Source: an uncultured delta proteobacterium
GTDB taxonomy: Bacteria; Desulfobacterota; Binatia; UBA9968
Assembly (NCBI GenBank): GCA_963840855.1
Contig: CAWJBB010000041.1
Span: 1 to 64,000 of the forward strand
DNA: 64,000 nucleotides
Reading direction: 5' to 3'
Shown here in pieces: positions 48,746 through 59,035 of this stretch (position 1 is the stretch's first letter; the number at the start of each line of letters is the position of its first letter). A program made the position numbers and the translations under genes. The notes under the pieces were generated by a model, which had not been told where the DNA came from, searched no databases, and saw only the letters and a program-made list of their open reading frames with translations.

Positions 48746-49856
48746 ATGAAATCCGGTTTCAAGATTCTGGATTCCGACATGCACCTGCGCGAGCCGGCGG
48801 ATCTGTGGGATAAATACATGGAACCGGAGTGGCGCGAGCGGGCGCCGAAAATTTTGAGTTCCACCGCCCGCAGCTCGGCAATGGTGATGATCGAGGGAAA
48901 AATTCTTCAAGGTTACAAACCGACTTACCGTGGCGGCATCTTCGATGCGACCCGCATCGATGAAGAAATCGCCGACTATCGCTCGCGGGGTTTCGATGCC
49001 AAGACCCAACTTCAAGCGATGGATCGAGAAGGGCTTGGACGTCGCCGCGCTCTATCCCTCCATCGGCCTCGGCATCATGATGCGCGAGGAAATGGATCCC
49101 AAGCTGGCCGCGGCGATCGCGCGAGCCTACAACAACTGGCTCTATGATTTTTGCCAGACCGATCCGAAACGGCTCAAAGGCGTCGGCGATGATCCCGCTG
49201 CACGATCCCAACGAGGCCGTAAAGGAAGCCCAGCGGGCCGTGGGTAAGCTTGGCTTCGTCGGCGTCTTCGCCAGGCCGGAACCGCTGCGCAACATGCCCT
49301 GGCATGCGCGCTATTTCGACACGGTTTGGTCGGCGCTCGAAGAACTCGGTGTGCCGCTGGGTTTTCATTCCGCTGCCGCTGCCGGCGAGGTGCCACAGAT
49401 CGGCGACCGTTTCGGCGACAATTTGTTGCTGCGCCACGTGGTTTCGCATTCGCTGGAAAACATGGTCGCCATGACCGACACCATCGGCGGCGGCGTCTGC
49501 GAGCGTCATCCGAAACTGAAACTGGCTTTTCTGGAATGCTATTGCGGCTGGGTTTCATTTCTCTCCACCGCATGGACAACGCCATGGAGAAAGGGCGCTT
49601 CCCGACGGCCGGTAAGTTAAAACCGAGCGAGTATTTCCAACGCCAGTGCTGGATTTCCACCGAACATGAAAAAGAGCTGCCGATGATCATCGATCTGATC
49701 GGCGACGACAATATCGTGTTCTCCACCGACTATCCGCATGGCGATTCGGATTTTCCCCATGCGGTGGAAGAGTTTTTGGAGATGGACGGCGTATCGAAAG
49801 AGAGCCGGAAGAAAATTCTCTGGGACAACTGCGCGCGGCTGTATGGGCTGGGCTAA
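48746..49856 (+). CDS. Amidohydrolase_2 family protein, three frameshifts
   Basis: DSDMHLREP / RAYNNWLYDFC / LGFH..HPKLKLAFLECYCGW / FSTDYPHGDS..KILWDNCARLY. Confidence 0.85.
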
Positions 49857-49895
49857 CAAAATGCAGTATGGGTTGTTGGAGTGAACTAGATGAAT

Positions 49896-49985
49896 TCCGT
49901 CATTCCGGCGAAAGCCGGAATCCAGGTTCATTCCGTAAGCAAAGACGAAAAAGCCTGGATTCCCGCCTTCGCGGGAATGACGGAA
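49896..49985. repeat. Palindromic repeat doublet (GTCATTCC...GGAATCCAG type)
   Basis: cgtcattccggcgaaagccggaatccagg...cctggattcccgccttcgcgggaatgacgg; relatives at 52216-52331 and 57671-57770. Confidence 0.8.
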
Positions 49986-50033
49986 GGGAAGTTGCGCTGA
50001 CGCACATCGGCCGCCAAGGCGAGGGGAAAATCC

Positions 50034-51109
50034 ATGAGGCAAAAATCCTTCTTTCGATTCCTTGGTTTTCAATCCGACAATCTAAAATCCAAAACCTGTA
50101 CTGAGCTATGTCGAAGGATCCAAAATCGAAAATTGGCTTGGGGTTTTCGCCCTCGCTGTCGCATTCGCTCTGTGTGGGGCGGTGGCCGAGGCGCAGCAGA
50201 CAGGGAAAATCCTCCGCATCGGTTTCCTGGATGCAAGCACTGCTTCCGGTAGCGCGGTCCTCGTGGAAGCGTTCCGGCAGGAGCTGAGCAAGCTTGGATG
50301 GATCGAGGGAAAGAATATCACCATCGAGTATCGGTTTGCAGAGGGAAAAGCCTGAGCGCCTGCCTGAGCTTGCGGCGGACCTGGTTCGTCTTAAGGTTGA
50401 TCTGATCGTGGTCACAGGGACGCCACGGCGTTAGCGGCAAAGAAAGCGACTACTACCATCCCCATCGTGATGACGAACGCTGGGGACCCCGTGGGTGCAG
50501 GTCTGGTTGCCAGTCTGGCGCGGCCGGGAGGCAATGTCACCGGGTTCTCGAGTTTATCGACTGAACTAAACACGAAAAGGCTAGAGATACTCAAGGACGC
50601 GGTCCCCAAGCTCGCCCGAGTTGGACTTCTGCGGCCGCGGGAGCCGCAGGATCAGACCTCCAACTGAAAGAGCTCAGGCCTGCGGCTCTGGCACTGAAGC
50701 TAAAATTGGAGGAGATCGAGACTCAAGCCGACGCCAAAGGTTTAGAGAGCGCCTTTCAAACCGCAAAGCAGAAGCAGGTGGGCGCGATTATGACGACCGC
50801 CGGTCGCCGCTTTTTCGCCGAAAGAAAGCGGATCGTCGAGCTTGCCGTCAAATACCGGTTGCCGGCTATTTACTTCTCAGAAGGAGTTTGTCGATGAGGG
50901 CGGCCTCATGTCCTACGGGGCGGACTACGATGACCTCTATCGGCTCGCGGCTGTTTACGTGGACAAGATCTTGAAAGGTGCCAAACCGGCTGATTTGCCG
51001 GTGCAGCAGGCAACGAAGTTTGAATTCGTCATCAACCTGAAGGCGGCAAAACAGATTGGTCTGACAATTCCGCCGTGTGCTCGAGCGGGCGAATCAAGTG
51101 ATTAAATAG
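50034..51109 (+). pseudogene. ABC_sub_bind-type substrate-binding protein, multiply frameshifted
   Basis: RIGFLD, DPVGAGLVASLARPGGNVTG, VDKILKGAKPADLPVQQATKFEFVINLK spread over several frames. Confidence 0.85.
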
Positions 51110-51129
51110 GCGAGAGGCAACAGGCAGTG

Positions 51130-51212
51130 GTAGGGGCGGACCGGCGCCTGCCCTGAGCGGAGTCGAAGGATGTCCGCCCGTTCGGAGGGCCGACACGCAG
51201 GTCGGCCCCTAC
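51130..51212. repeat. GTAG-type REP doublet interrupted by a 24-bp unit
   Basis: gtaggggcggaccggcg[cctgccctgagcggagtcgaagga]tgtccgccc...gggccgacacgcaggtcggcccctac. Confidence 0.8.
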
Positions 51213-51261
51213 ACGCGTCCGACAATCGGCAATCAAAAAGCGGCCCCGCAGACGAAAAAAA

Positions 51262-51412
51262 TTGGTGGGGATTGTTGCTCTCCTTTTCACACTCGCGCTG
51301 TGTGGGGCTATGGCTCAGGCGCAGCAATCAGGAAAAATATTCCGCATAGGTGTCCTGGATGACGGCACTGCTTTTGGTAGCGCGGTCCTTGAGGCGTTCT
51401 GGCAGGAGATGC
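51262..51412 (+). pseudogene. 5' fragment of a third ABC_sub_bind gene
   Basis: AQAQQSGKIFRIGVLDDGTAFGSAVLEAFWQEM then an abrupt break; a matching 3' fragment (VTIPLEVLARANRLIK*) lies at about 54035-54087. Confidence 0.7.
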
Positions 51413-51485
51413 CGCATGGCTCGTCAACTGCCAGCCGAATTCGAGGGAGCGCTCGACTCGAGCAATCATCCATCACTTCTTGAAT

Positions 51486-51531
51486 TTGACATCCCCATCG
51501 ACCGGCGCTAGTCTGAATTCTAGTCCGATTT
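51486..51531 (+). promoter_or_regulatory. Sigma-70 promoter of the TA operon with overlapping direct repeat (candidate operator)
   Basis: TTGACA-17 bp-TAGTCT; ctagtctgaatt / ctagtccgattt 12-bp repeat. Confidence 0.6.
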
Positions 51532-51544
51532 TAAGGAGACCGTT

Positions 51545-51832
51545 ATGGTACGTGTTCTAAGCTTATCAGAAGCCAAGGCCCATCTAAGCCGGATAGTGGC
51601 TGACTGTGAAAAGGATGAGGAAGAGCTTGTCATTACCCGAAATGGGCGGCCCGCGGCTGTTCTCATAAGCGCAGACGAGTATGAAGGGTGGCGCGAGACA
51701 AGAGAGATCATGCGGAACCGCGCCCTGATGAAGGAAATTAGACAAGGTCTGCGGCAGCTCGAGAAAGGCCGGCGGTTTACTTTTGAGGAAGTTTTCGGGG
51801 AGCCCTTGAGACCGAGCAAACCTCCGAAATGA
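51545..51832 (+). CDS. Phd/YefM family antitoxin
   Basis: LSLSEAKAHLSRIV..LVITRNGRPAAVLISADEYE..ET. Confidence 0.92.
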   Translation: MVRVLSLSEAKAHLSRIVADCEKDEEELVITRNGRPAAVLISADEYEGWRETREIMRNRALMKEIRQGLRQLEKGRRFTFEEVFGEPLRPSKPPK

Positions 51833-52128
51833 TCCGTTATCGCATCGAGATGCCTCGGGTGCTGCGGGATCTCATCCGCCATCTCCCGCCGGAGTTAAAA
51901 GCAAAAGTCAAAGCTACACTGAGATCAATTTCTGATGACCCCTATCGCGCTAAGGAGTTGAGGGACGAATTGGCAGGCTTGAGAAGCTGCCGGGTAGCCA
52001 GGTCCCGAGTCATCTATCGCATCGTAGGTTCCATGGTCCAAATCGTTGCGCTTGGACCCCGTGCGGACATCTATGAGCGTGCGGCCGCCGAACTCAGCAA
52101 GACGCTGAGAAAAGGCAAAACCGATTGA
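51829..52128 (+). CDS. RelE/ParE family toxin
   Basis: ATGA overlap; ELAGLRSCRVARSRVIYRI..IVALGPRADIYE. Confidence 0.88.
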   Translation: MIRYRIEMPRVLRDLIRHLPPELKAKVKATLRSISDDPYRAKELRDELAGLRSCRVARSRVIYRIVGSMVQIVALGPRADIYERAAAELSKTLRKGKTD

Positions 52129-52415
52129 CGAATACCAAGACCGCAACAGAATTCAGAGCGTTAATGTCTCTCTCGGGGATGGTTGAAATCTTTCGCCTTC
52201 AGGCGAAGTGAAAGTTCGTCATGCAGGCTAAGGCCGGCATCCAGGTGACGGACAGCGTCCCGTCATACCGTTGAAAAACGGTATCCAGGTTAAGGGGATG
52301 GGGATGGACCCCGGTTTTCACCGGGGTGACGATAAGGCCGGAATGACCGAGCGTTAATGGGACAGGCTACTTTTTCTGATTCTGTTGAAAAACCCACCGT
52401 TCGTCCTTCGAGGGC

Positions 52416-53867
52416 CTCTATTGATGTCAAGTCGCGAAAGGCACAAATGCTCTTATGAGTTTTCTTTTCCATGTTTGTTCTCCTATGAACTTAACAATCC
52501 TCGACCGAAGAGAGACTGCCTGCTATGCGTGGCACGGCACAAAGTCCGTCACACTGACTTGGGATGCGCCCCTCTCTAAGGCGTCTGGCCACGGGCTCTC
52601 TGTCTCAAAGATCGAACCGTTAGGAGTTGTCGTATCTCCTGGTTCTGGCTCTCGTCGAGTAGTTCCCTGGGGCACAGTCTCCTCCTGGGTCAAAGGAACC
52701 GATTTAACCTTTTTCCTGACTACATAGGGTCTTTGTTTCATCAACACGACAGAAATCCTGACACTGAGTTTTCGCGCCACTGCAACAATGGCGACTCGGG
52801 AAGCGATGTTTCGCGGATGCCTGCGGCAAACCGAGCGAAAGAATTCCCTCAGCTCAGCCGTCTTGGCGGATGGCCGAATAGGAACCTTGGATGAGCTTAC
52901 TTCTCAGCCGTGGGTCACCCGATATGGGTGATCGATCCCCGATCGATTCTCTCTCCGGTGGAGTTCTCCGTGGGCACCAAACCCAAAAAGACTGCCAGTT
53001 GGCGTATGTTGTTAAGCTCTCGACAGTCGCCGATGCGGGCCAGAAGTTGACTGGCCACAATCCAACCAATCACAGAAATCGTCATCAGGTATTTCATGCA
53101 GCGGGACAATTCCGGATCTGCTTACAGAAGCGGCGGATCTCTAGAGTCGTCTTAATAACGCGTTTCTCATAAAACTCCAAGCTGTCCAGCAACTCATAGA
53201 GCTTAAAGCGCACCGTCGAAGAACAGGGGAGCTTGCGCAGCTTCGCTTTCACAGTAAACGACCACTGACTGCCCCCAGGAGCCGGGGGAAACTCAATCCC
53301 TTCGAAAAGCAACAGCGATTTAATACGTTGCTTCATCCCGACCATGTCGCTGATAAAGGTGTCGCGCAATTGGGTGAGGTGGCGAAGCTCACGATACACC
53401 GCAGTGGGAACATGAATGCCTTTGAGTTGCCCCCCACGAAAGATTCTGCGCCAGCATCCGCTGTCCAGTAGATTGGTCTTCACTCTCTGTCCTGGTGCTT
53501 TGGGTATCATCGATGGAGAAGCGATCAAGCACCGATACGCTTGCGCCTCAAGCCCATCATACAAGCCGTACCCTGTCGGCCAGCCTCATAGGCGAAGGCT
53601 ACCTTCTGATCGGGAAAGTGCTTGCGCACATAATTCACAAGATGCTCCACGCTATACGGCATGCGCAGCGACTTAAGCAACCCTTGGTGATCGGCAAAGG
53701 TTACCGAGATGCTTTGCTTGTCCACGTCCAATCCGGCAAAGATATCGTAATCTCTGGGTATGAATGTTTCGCTTCTCATCGAAGTGCCTCCTCTGTACAA
53801 CCGGTTTGTGTGCCGCCATTGTACATGAGCACTCGTTTCGAAGCTCGACATCCATCATACAGGACTC
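52416..53867 (-). mobile_element. IS110-family insertion sequence (about 1.45 kb) inserted in a palindromic repeat
   Basis: Flanks rejoin as ccgttcgtccttcgagggc-CTC-aggaacgaacgg. CTC is present at both junctions (52416-18, 53865-67). The host repeat has 14-bp terminal inverted repeats at 52382-52395 and 53956-53969. Confidence 0.85.
52523..53779 (-). pseudogene. IS110 DEDD transposase/recombinase, several frameshifts
   Basis: FAGLDVDKQSI, AYEAG, RVKTN..DS, ELRHLTQLR, FLGLVPTENSTG, VAVARKL. True 3' end uncertain. Confidence 0.88.
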
Positions 53868-54143
53868 AGGAACGAACGGTGGAGCCGTTGAAATCATTGG
53901 AGTTATTTCCGTTCTACTGAGCTTGCCGAAGTATGAGCCTGTCGAAGCATTCTTAGGGTTTTTCAACAGAGTCTTTTTCTTTGACGGGCGATCTCGTGGA
54001 AGAGTAATGTTAATCAAGAGAACAAAAGTTGGTGGAGTGACAATCCCACTGGAGGTGCTCGCCCGGGCGAATAGGCTGATCAAGTGAGAAGGGGCGAGGG
54101 GTCAAGTGTCGAGTGACACGTGGTTCCAGAAAAAGAAAATGAC

Positions 54144-55130
54144 ATGAAGAAACAAATCACGGTCCTTACTCTTTGCGCTATGCTCTTTGCGCTTTGCTCG
54201 TTCGCCGAGCGCGCAGCAGCCAGGAAAAATCTTCCGCATAGGTTTCCTCGATCCAAGCACTGCTTCCGGTAGCGCGGTCCTCGTGGAAGCGTTCCGGCAG
54301 GAGCTGGGCAAGCTTGGATGGATCGAAGGAAAGAATATACACCATCGAGTACCGGTTTGCAGAAGCAAAAGACTGAGCGCCTACCTGAGCTTGCGGCGGA
54401 CCTGGTTCGTCTTAAGGTTGATCTGATCGTGGTCACAGGGACGCCATCGGCGTTAGCGGCGAAGAAAGCCACTACTACCATCCCCATCGTGATGACGAAC
54501 GCTGCGGACCCCGTGGGTGTAGGTTTGGTTGCCAGTCTGGCGCGGCCGGGAGGCAATGTCACCGGGTTTTCGAGTTTATCGTCCGAACTAAACACCAAAA
54601 GGCTAGAGATACTCAAGGACGCGGTCCCCAAGCTCGCCCGAGTTGGACTTCTGCGGCCGGCGGGAGGATCAAGACCTCCAACTGAAACAGCTCAGGCCTG
54701 CGGCTCTGGCACTAAAGCTAAAATTGGAAGAGATCGAGACTCAACTCGATGCCAAAGGTTTAGAGAGCGCATTTAAAACCGCAAAGCAGAAACAGGTGGG
54801 CGCGATTATGACGACCGCCGGTCGCCGCTTTTTCGCCGAAAGAAAGCGGATCGTCGAGCTTGCCGGCAAATACCGGTTGCCGGCTATTTACTTCCAGAAG
54901 GAGTTTGTCGATGAGGGCGGCCTCATGTCCTACGGGGTGGACTACGATGACCTCTATCGGCGCGCAGCTGTTTACGTGGACAAGATCTTGAAAGGTGCCA
55001 AACCGGCTGATTTGCCGGTGCAGCAGGCGACGAAGTTTGAATTTGTCATCAACTTAAGGCGGCGAAACAGATTGGTCTGACAATTCCAGGCCGAACGTGC
55101 TCGCGCGGGCGAACCAAGTCATTAAGTATG
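54144..55130 (+). pseudogene. ABC_sub_bind-type substrate-binding protein, multiply frameshifted; close paralog of 50034-51109
   Basis: Long stretches of near-identical DNA to 50210-51070. Confidence 0.85.
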
Positions 55131-55291
55131 CAAGAGGCATGAGGCAACAGGCGATATAGGATATTGGACTTGCCTGAACAAGACAGCGATCAAAACTTGC
55201 TTCGAAGAAATTGCTTTCATGCGTCTTCTCCCTTAATCTAAAATCGAAAATCCAAAATCGTAAAATCGAAAATGGAAATGGGAGGTGAACC

Positions 55292-57536
55292 TTGGCATTT
55301 CGTACCATAGGAAAGGCGCTGCCCCGCGTCGAGGGCGAGGGGAAAGTTACCGGTCAAACTAAATACGCGGCGGACTTGCCGTTCAAAGATCTACTGTGGG
55401 CTAAGGTGCTGCGCGCGTCGGTGCCGCATGCACGCATTGTTAAAATCGACACTTCGAAAGCCAAGGCGCTTCCCGGCGTTCATGCTGTGCTCACCGGGCG
55501 CCGACGTGAAAGATATTTACGTCGGCACGCGGGTTAAAGACCAGCCTGTCTTGGCCTATGACAAAGTCCGCACTTGCGGCGATGCGATCGCGGCTGTCGC
55601 TGCCGAGAGCGAAGCGATTGCCGACGAGGCGATCGGATTGATCGATGTCGAATATGAGGAACTACCCTATGTCGACGATCCGGTCGAAGCGTTGAAGCCA
55701 ACGTCGCCGCTGATTCACGAAGATCGAAACAAATATAAGAACGCGCCCAAGTTGCCGGAAGGCATGTCGGGCCACAATCTTCAGTCTCACGTCGTATGGA
55801 AGAACGGCGATATCGAAGCCGGATTCCAAAAGGCCGCGCGGATCTTCGAGCACACGTTTCGCACGCCACTTTCGCATCACGGCTATATCGAGCCTTGTGC
55901 GTGTACGGTTCACGTGCACGACGACGGGAGCGTCGAAGTGTGGCCGTCAAACAAAGGTCCTTGGGGTTTGCGCGACCAGATGGCCGAAGACTTCGGCGTG
56001 CCGAAAGAAAAGATCAAAATTTACATCGTGAATGTCGGCGGCGATTTCGGCGCGAAGGCGTCGCTGATCGACGTGCCGATCGCTTATTATTTATCCAAGG
56101 CGACGAAGCGGCCGGTGAAACTGGTATTCGACTACACCGATGAGCTCCTCGCCGGCGGACACAGACATCCGGCCGTCCTTTCGCTCCGTACCGGCGTCGA
56201 TCAAGATGGAAACTTCACGGCGATCAAGGGGACGATCCATTTCAGCGGCGGCGCCTATGGCTCGCAAAAAGCCAACCCCCAGGTCACTGTGCTCGGCGGG
56301 CGGCGCCTGGCGAGCATGTACCGCTGCCCGGCGATCCACGTGGAAACCTTTTGCGCCTACACCAATCAGGTGCCCTGCACGCAGACGAGGACACCGGGGA
56401 GCCCGCAAGTCGCTTTCGCGTTCGAATCCCAAGTCGACATCATCGCCAAAGAAATGGGCATCGATGCTCTCGAATTGAGGCGAAGAAACATTCTACACGA
56501 CGGCGATGCCAATCCCATGGGTGAAAAATGGAGCGATATTCTCATGGGCGAAGTGCTAGAACGCGTCGTCAAAACTTCCGGCTGGAAGAAGGGTGGAGCG
56601 AAGAAAAACCGCGGCTGGGGCATGGCGCTTTATGATCGCGGCACTCCGGAAGGCAAGGCTAGCTCCGCGCTCACGCTTGAAGCCGATGGCAGGGTTAATA
56701 TTCTTACCGGCGTACCCGATGTTGGCCCCGGATACTATACCGTCAGCCAGCAAATGGTCTGTGAAACGCTCGGCCTGCCGCCGGAGAAAGTTGGCGTGGT
56801 TTTCAAAGACACCGATAGCTTGCCTTTCGATCCCGGCACGGGCGGCAGCAAACAGACGAATACTTCCGGTCACGCGGTCAACCAGTCGGCCCATGAGGTG
56901 CGCGAGAAGCTGATCAATTTGGCGGCGCGGGAGTTAGGCTGTCAGCCGGACGAGATTCGGCAGGAGGGCGGCAAGCTCACGGCGCCCAACAAAAAGTCGA
57001 CGACGACGCAAAAGATGATCGAGCTGGCTGTGAAAGAAAACGGTGGACCCGTTTTTCACCTGACCAATTATGTCCCCAAGGACATGCCGAAGGTCACCGG
57101 CTTCGCCGCGCAAGTGGCTGAGGTCGAAGTTGATCCAACTACCGGCGGCGTGAAGGTTTTAAATTTGACCACGGCGCACGATACTGGCACGGTGCTCAAT
57201 CATCTCACCTTGACTGGCCAGATCGAAGGGGGAGTCGTAACTGGGTTTGGTTTCGCTTTAATGGAAGAAAATCCAATGATTGACGGTAAAATCGCAACTT
57301 TAACTTTAGGTGAGTCAAAGTTCCCGTGCATCGCCGACATTCCGCCGTTAAAAACTGTCCTGGTGGAAAGTCCAACCGGGCCAACACCCTTCGGCGGTAA
57401 AGCCATCGCCGAGAATCCGAACGTCCCGACGGCGGCGGCGATCGCCAACGCGATTGCCGATGCTTGCGGTGTGAGGCTGTTCGATCTGCCGCTCAACGCC
57501 GAAAAAATATATTGGGCATTGAATGGAAAGAAGTAG
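55292..57536 (+). CDS. Xanthine dehydrogenase family molybdopterin-binding subunit, one frameshift near 55497
   Basis: KVTGQTKYAAD, HGYIEP, VGGDFGAK, RTPGSPQ, GQIEGG, GKAIAENPN; GGAGGT RBS with TTG start. Confidence 0.9.
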
Positions 57537-57847
57537 TGGCAAAGAACGCAAGACTAATATGCGGAGAACTTAACCACAAAGAGCTTGCGCTCGCTCACAG
57601 AGCATAAAAAAGAGGTACATCCCTCCAAGCCACTACCAATGTTCAACGGGTTTTTTGGCCATCGGCAGCTTCCGTCATGCCGGCATGGATTGCCGGCATC
57701 CAGGCCCGCAGGATGCGTCCGGATACATCCATGTGAACCTGGGTTCCGGCAGTCCATGCCGGAACGACGGGCTCGTACTGTAATGTTACGCAAATAAACA
57801 AGGCGTAAATGAATTTGCCGTTGTCCTGCCGCAAGAGGTCGAAGAAG

Positions 57848-58972
57848 ATGAAGTATAAGAGAACAGCGATGGAGTTTGCTCTCTTTTTTGTCTTTGGGCT
57901 TTTCGCTACCAGTAGCCGCGCCGACTGGAAAAGCGACTGGGACCAGACCGTCAAAGCGGCTGAGCAGGAAGGCCAGCTCATGGTCTCCATCGGCGGTTAC
58001 GGAGCTATCATCGATTCCGGGGCATTTCAAAAGACTTATCCCAAGATCAAGATAACTCACATTACCGGTGCCGGAACCGACCTCACGCAGCGCATTTCGG
58101 CGGAGCGGCGGGCCGGCAAATATCTTGTCGACGTTTACAACGGCGGTGGAAATTCCTTGTTTCAGGTTCTCTATCAGGGAAAAATGCTCGACCCGATCAA
58201 GTCCGTGTTGATTCTGCCCGAGGTTTTGGACGCCACGAAATGGTGGGAGGGCAAACAGAAGTACTTGGACAAAGAAGGTCAATATATTTTCGTCTACGAG
58301 GGCAACGTGTCGGCCGGCGCGGGCGCGGCTTACAACAGCCAATTGCTTGATCCGCGCGAGTACAAGAGCTATTGGGATTTCCTCAATCCCAAACTCAAGG
58401 GAAAGATTCTTTCCACCGATATTCGCAAAGTTCGCGGCGCAGGTATTCCCTGGCAGTTTCTTTATTACTCCTCCGACCTGGGTCCTAAATATCTCCGCCG
58501 CCTGTTCGGCGAGATGGACGTCACTTTAACCGCCGATCTTCGTCAAGCCGTTGACTGGCTTGGCACGGGGAAATTCGCCGTGGGTATGCCGATACAAGGT
58601 GGAACGGTCTATAAAGCAAAACGCCAGGGTTTGCCGGTGGATGAGTTCAGTCCGTACCACTTCAAGGAAGGCGTCAATTTGTCGTCGGCATTCGGTTCTC
58701 TTGCGGTGATGAATCGCGCGCCTCATCCCAACGCGGCTAAGGTCTTTGTCAACTGGTTGTTATCGCGCGAAGGACAGACGCTATTTCAAAAAGTGATATC
58801 CATGCCGGAGAATGCGCGAAATTCGCGCAGAGTGGACGTGCCCAAGGATCACATCCCGGCCGACGAGCAGCGCCGCGACAAGATGAGCTATTTCGACACC
58901 GACGATTCGGATACCAAAGATCTCAATCCGGCTATGAAGCTGCTGGATGAAATATTGGGCGGGAAGAAGTAA
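57848..58972 (+). CDS. Extracellular solute-binding protein (AfuA/SBP_bac_6-like)
   Basis: Signal-like N-terminus; AAEQEGQL, RISAERRAGK, APHPNAAKVFVNWLLSREGQ. Confidence 0.85.
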   Translation: MKYKRTAMEFALFFVFGLFATSSRADWKSDWDQTVKAAEQEGQLMVSIGGYGAIIDSGAFQKTYPKIKITHITGAGTDLTQRISAERRAGKYLVDVYNGGGNSLFQVLYQGKMLDPIKSVLILPEVLDATKWWEGKQKYLDKEGQYIFVYEGNVSAGAGAAYNSQLLDPREYKSYWDFLNPKLKGKILSTDIRKVRGAGIPWQFLYYSSDLGPKYLRRLFGEMDVTLTADLRQAVDWLGTGKFAVGMPIQGGTVYKAKRQGLPVDEFSPYHFKEGVNLSSAFGSLAVMNRAPHPNAAKVFVNWLLSREGQTLFQKVISMPENARNSRRVDVPKDHIPADEQRRDKMSYFDTDDSDTKDLNPAMKLLDEILGGKK

Positions 58973-59035
58973 TGGTGTCCAGAAGCAAAAGTTATTGGTG
59001 GGAATGGAACCCTTCTCGAATCAGGGATAAACAAG

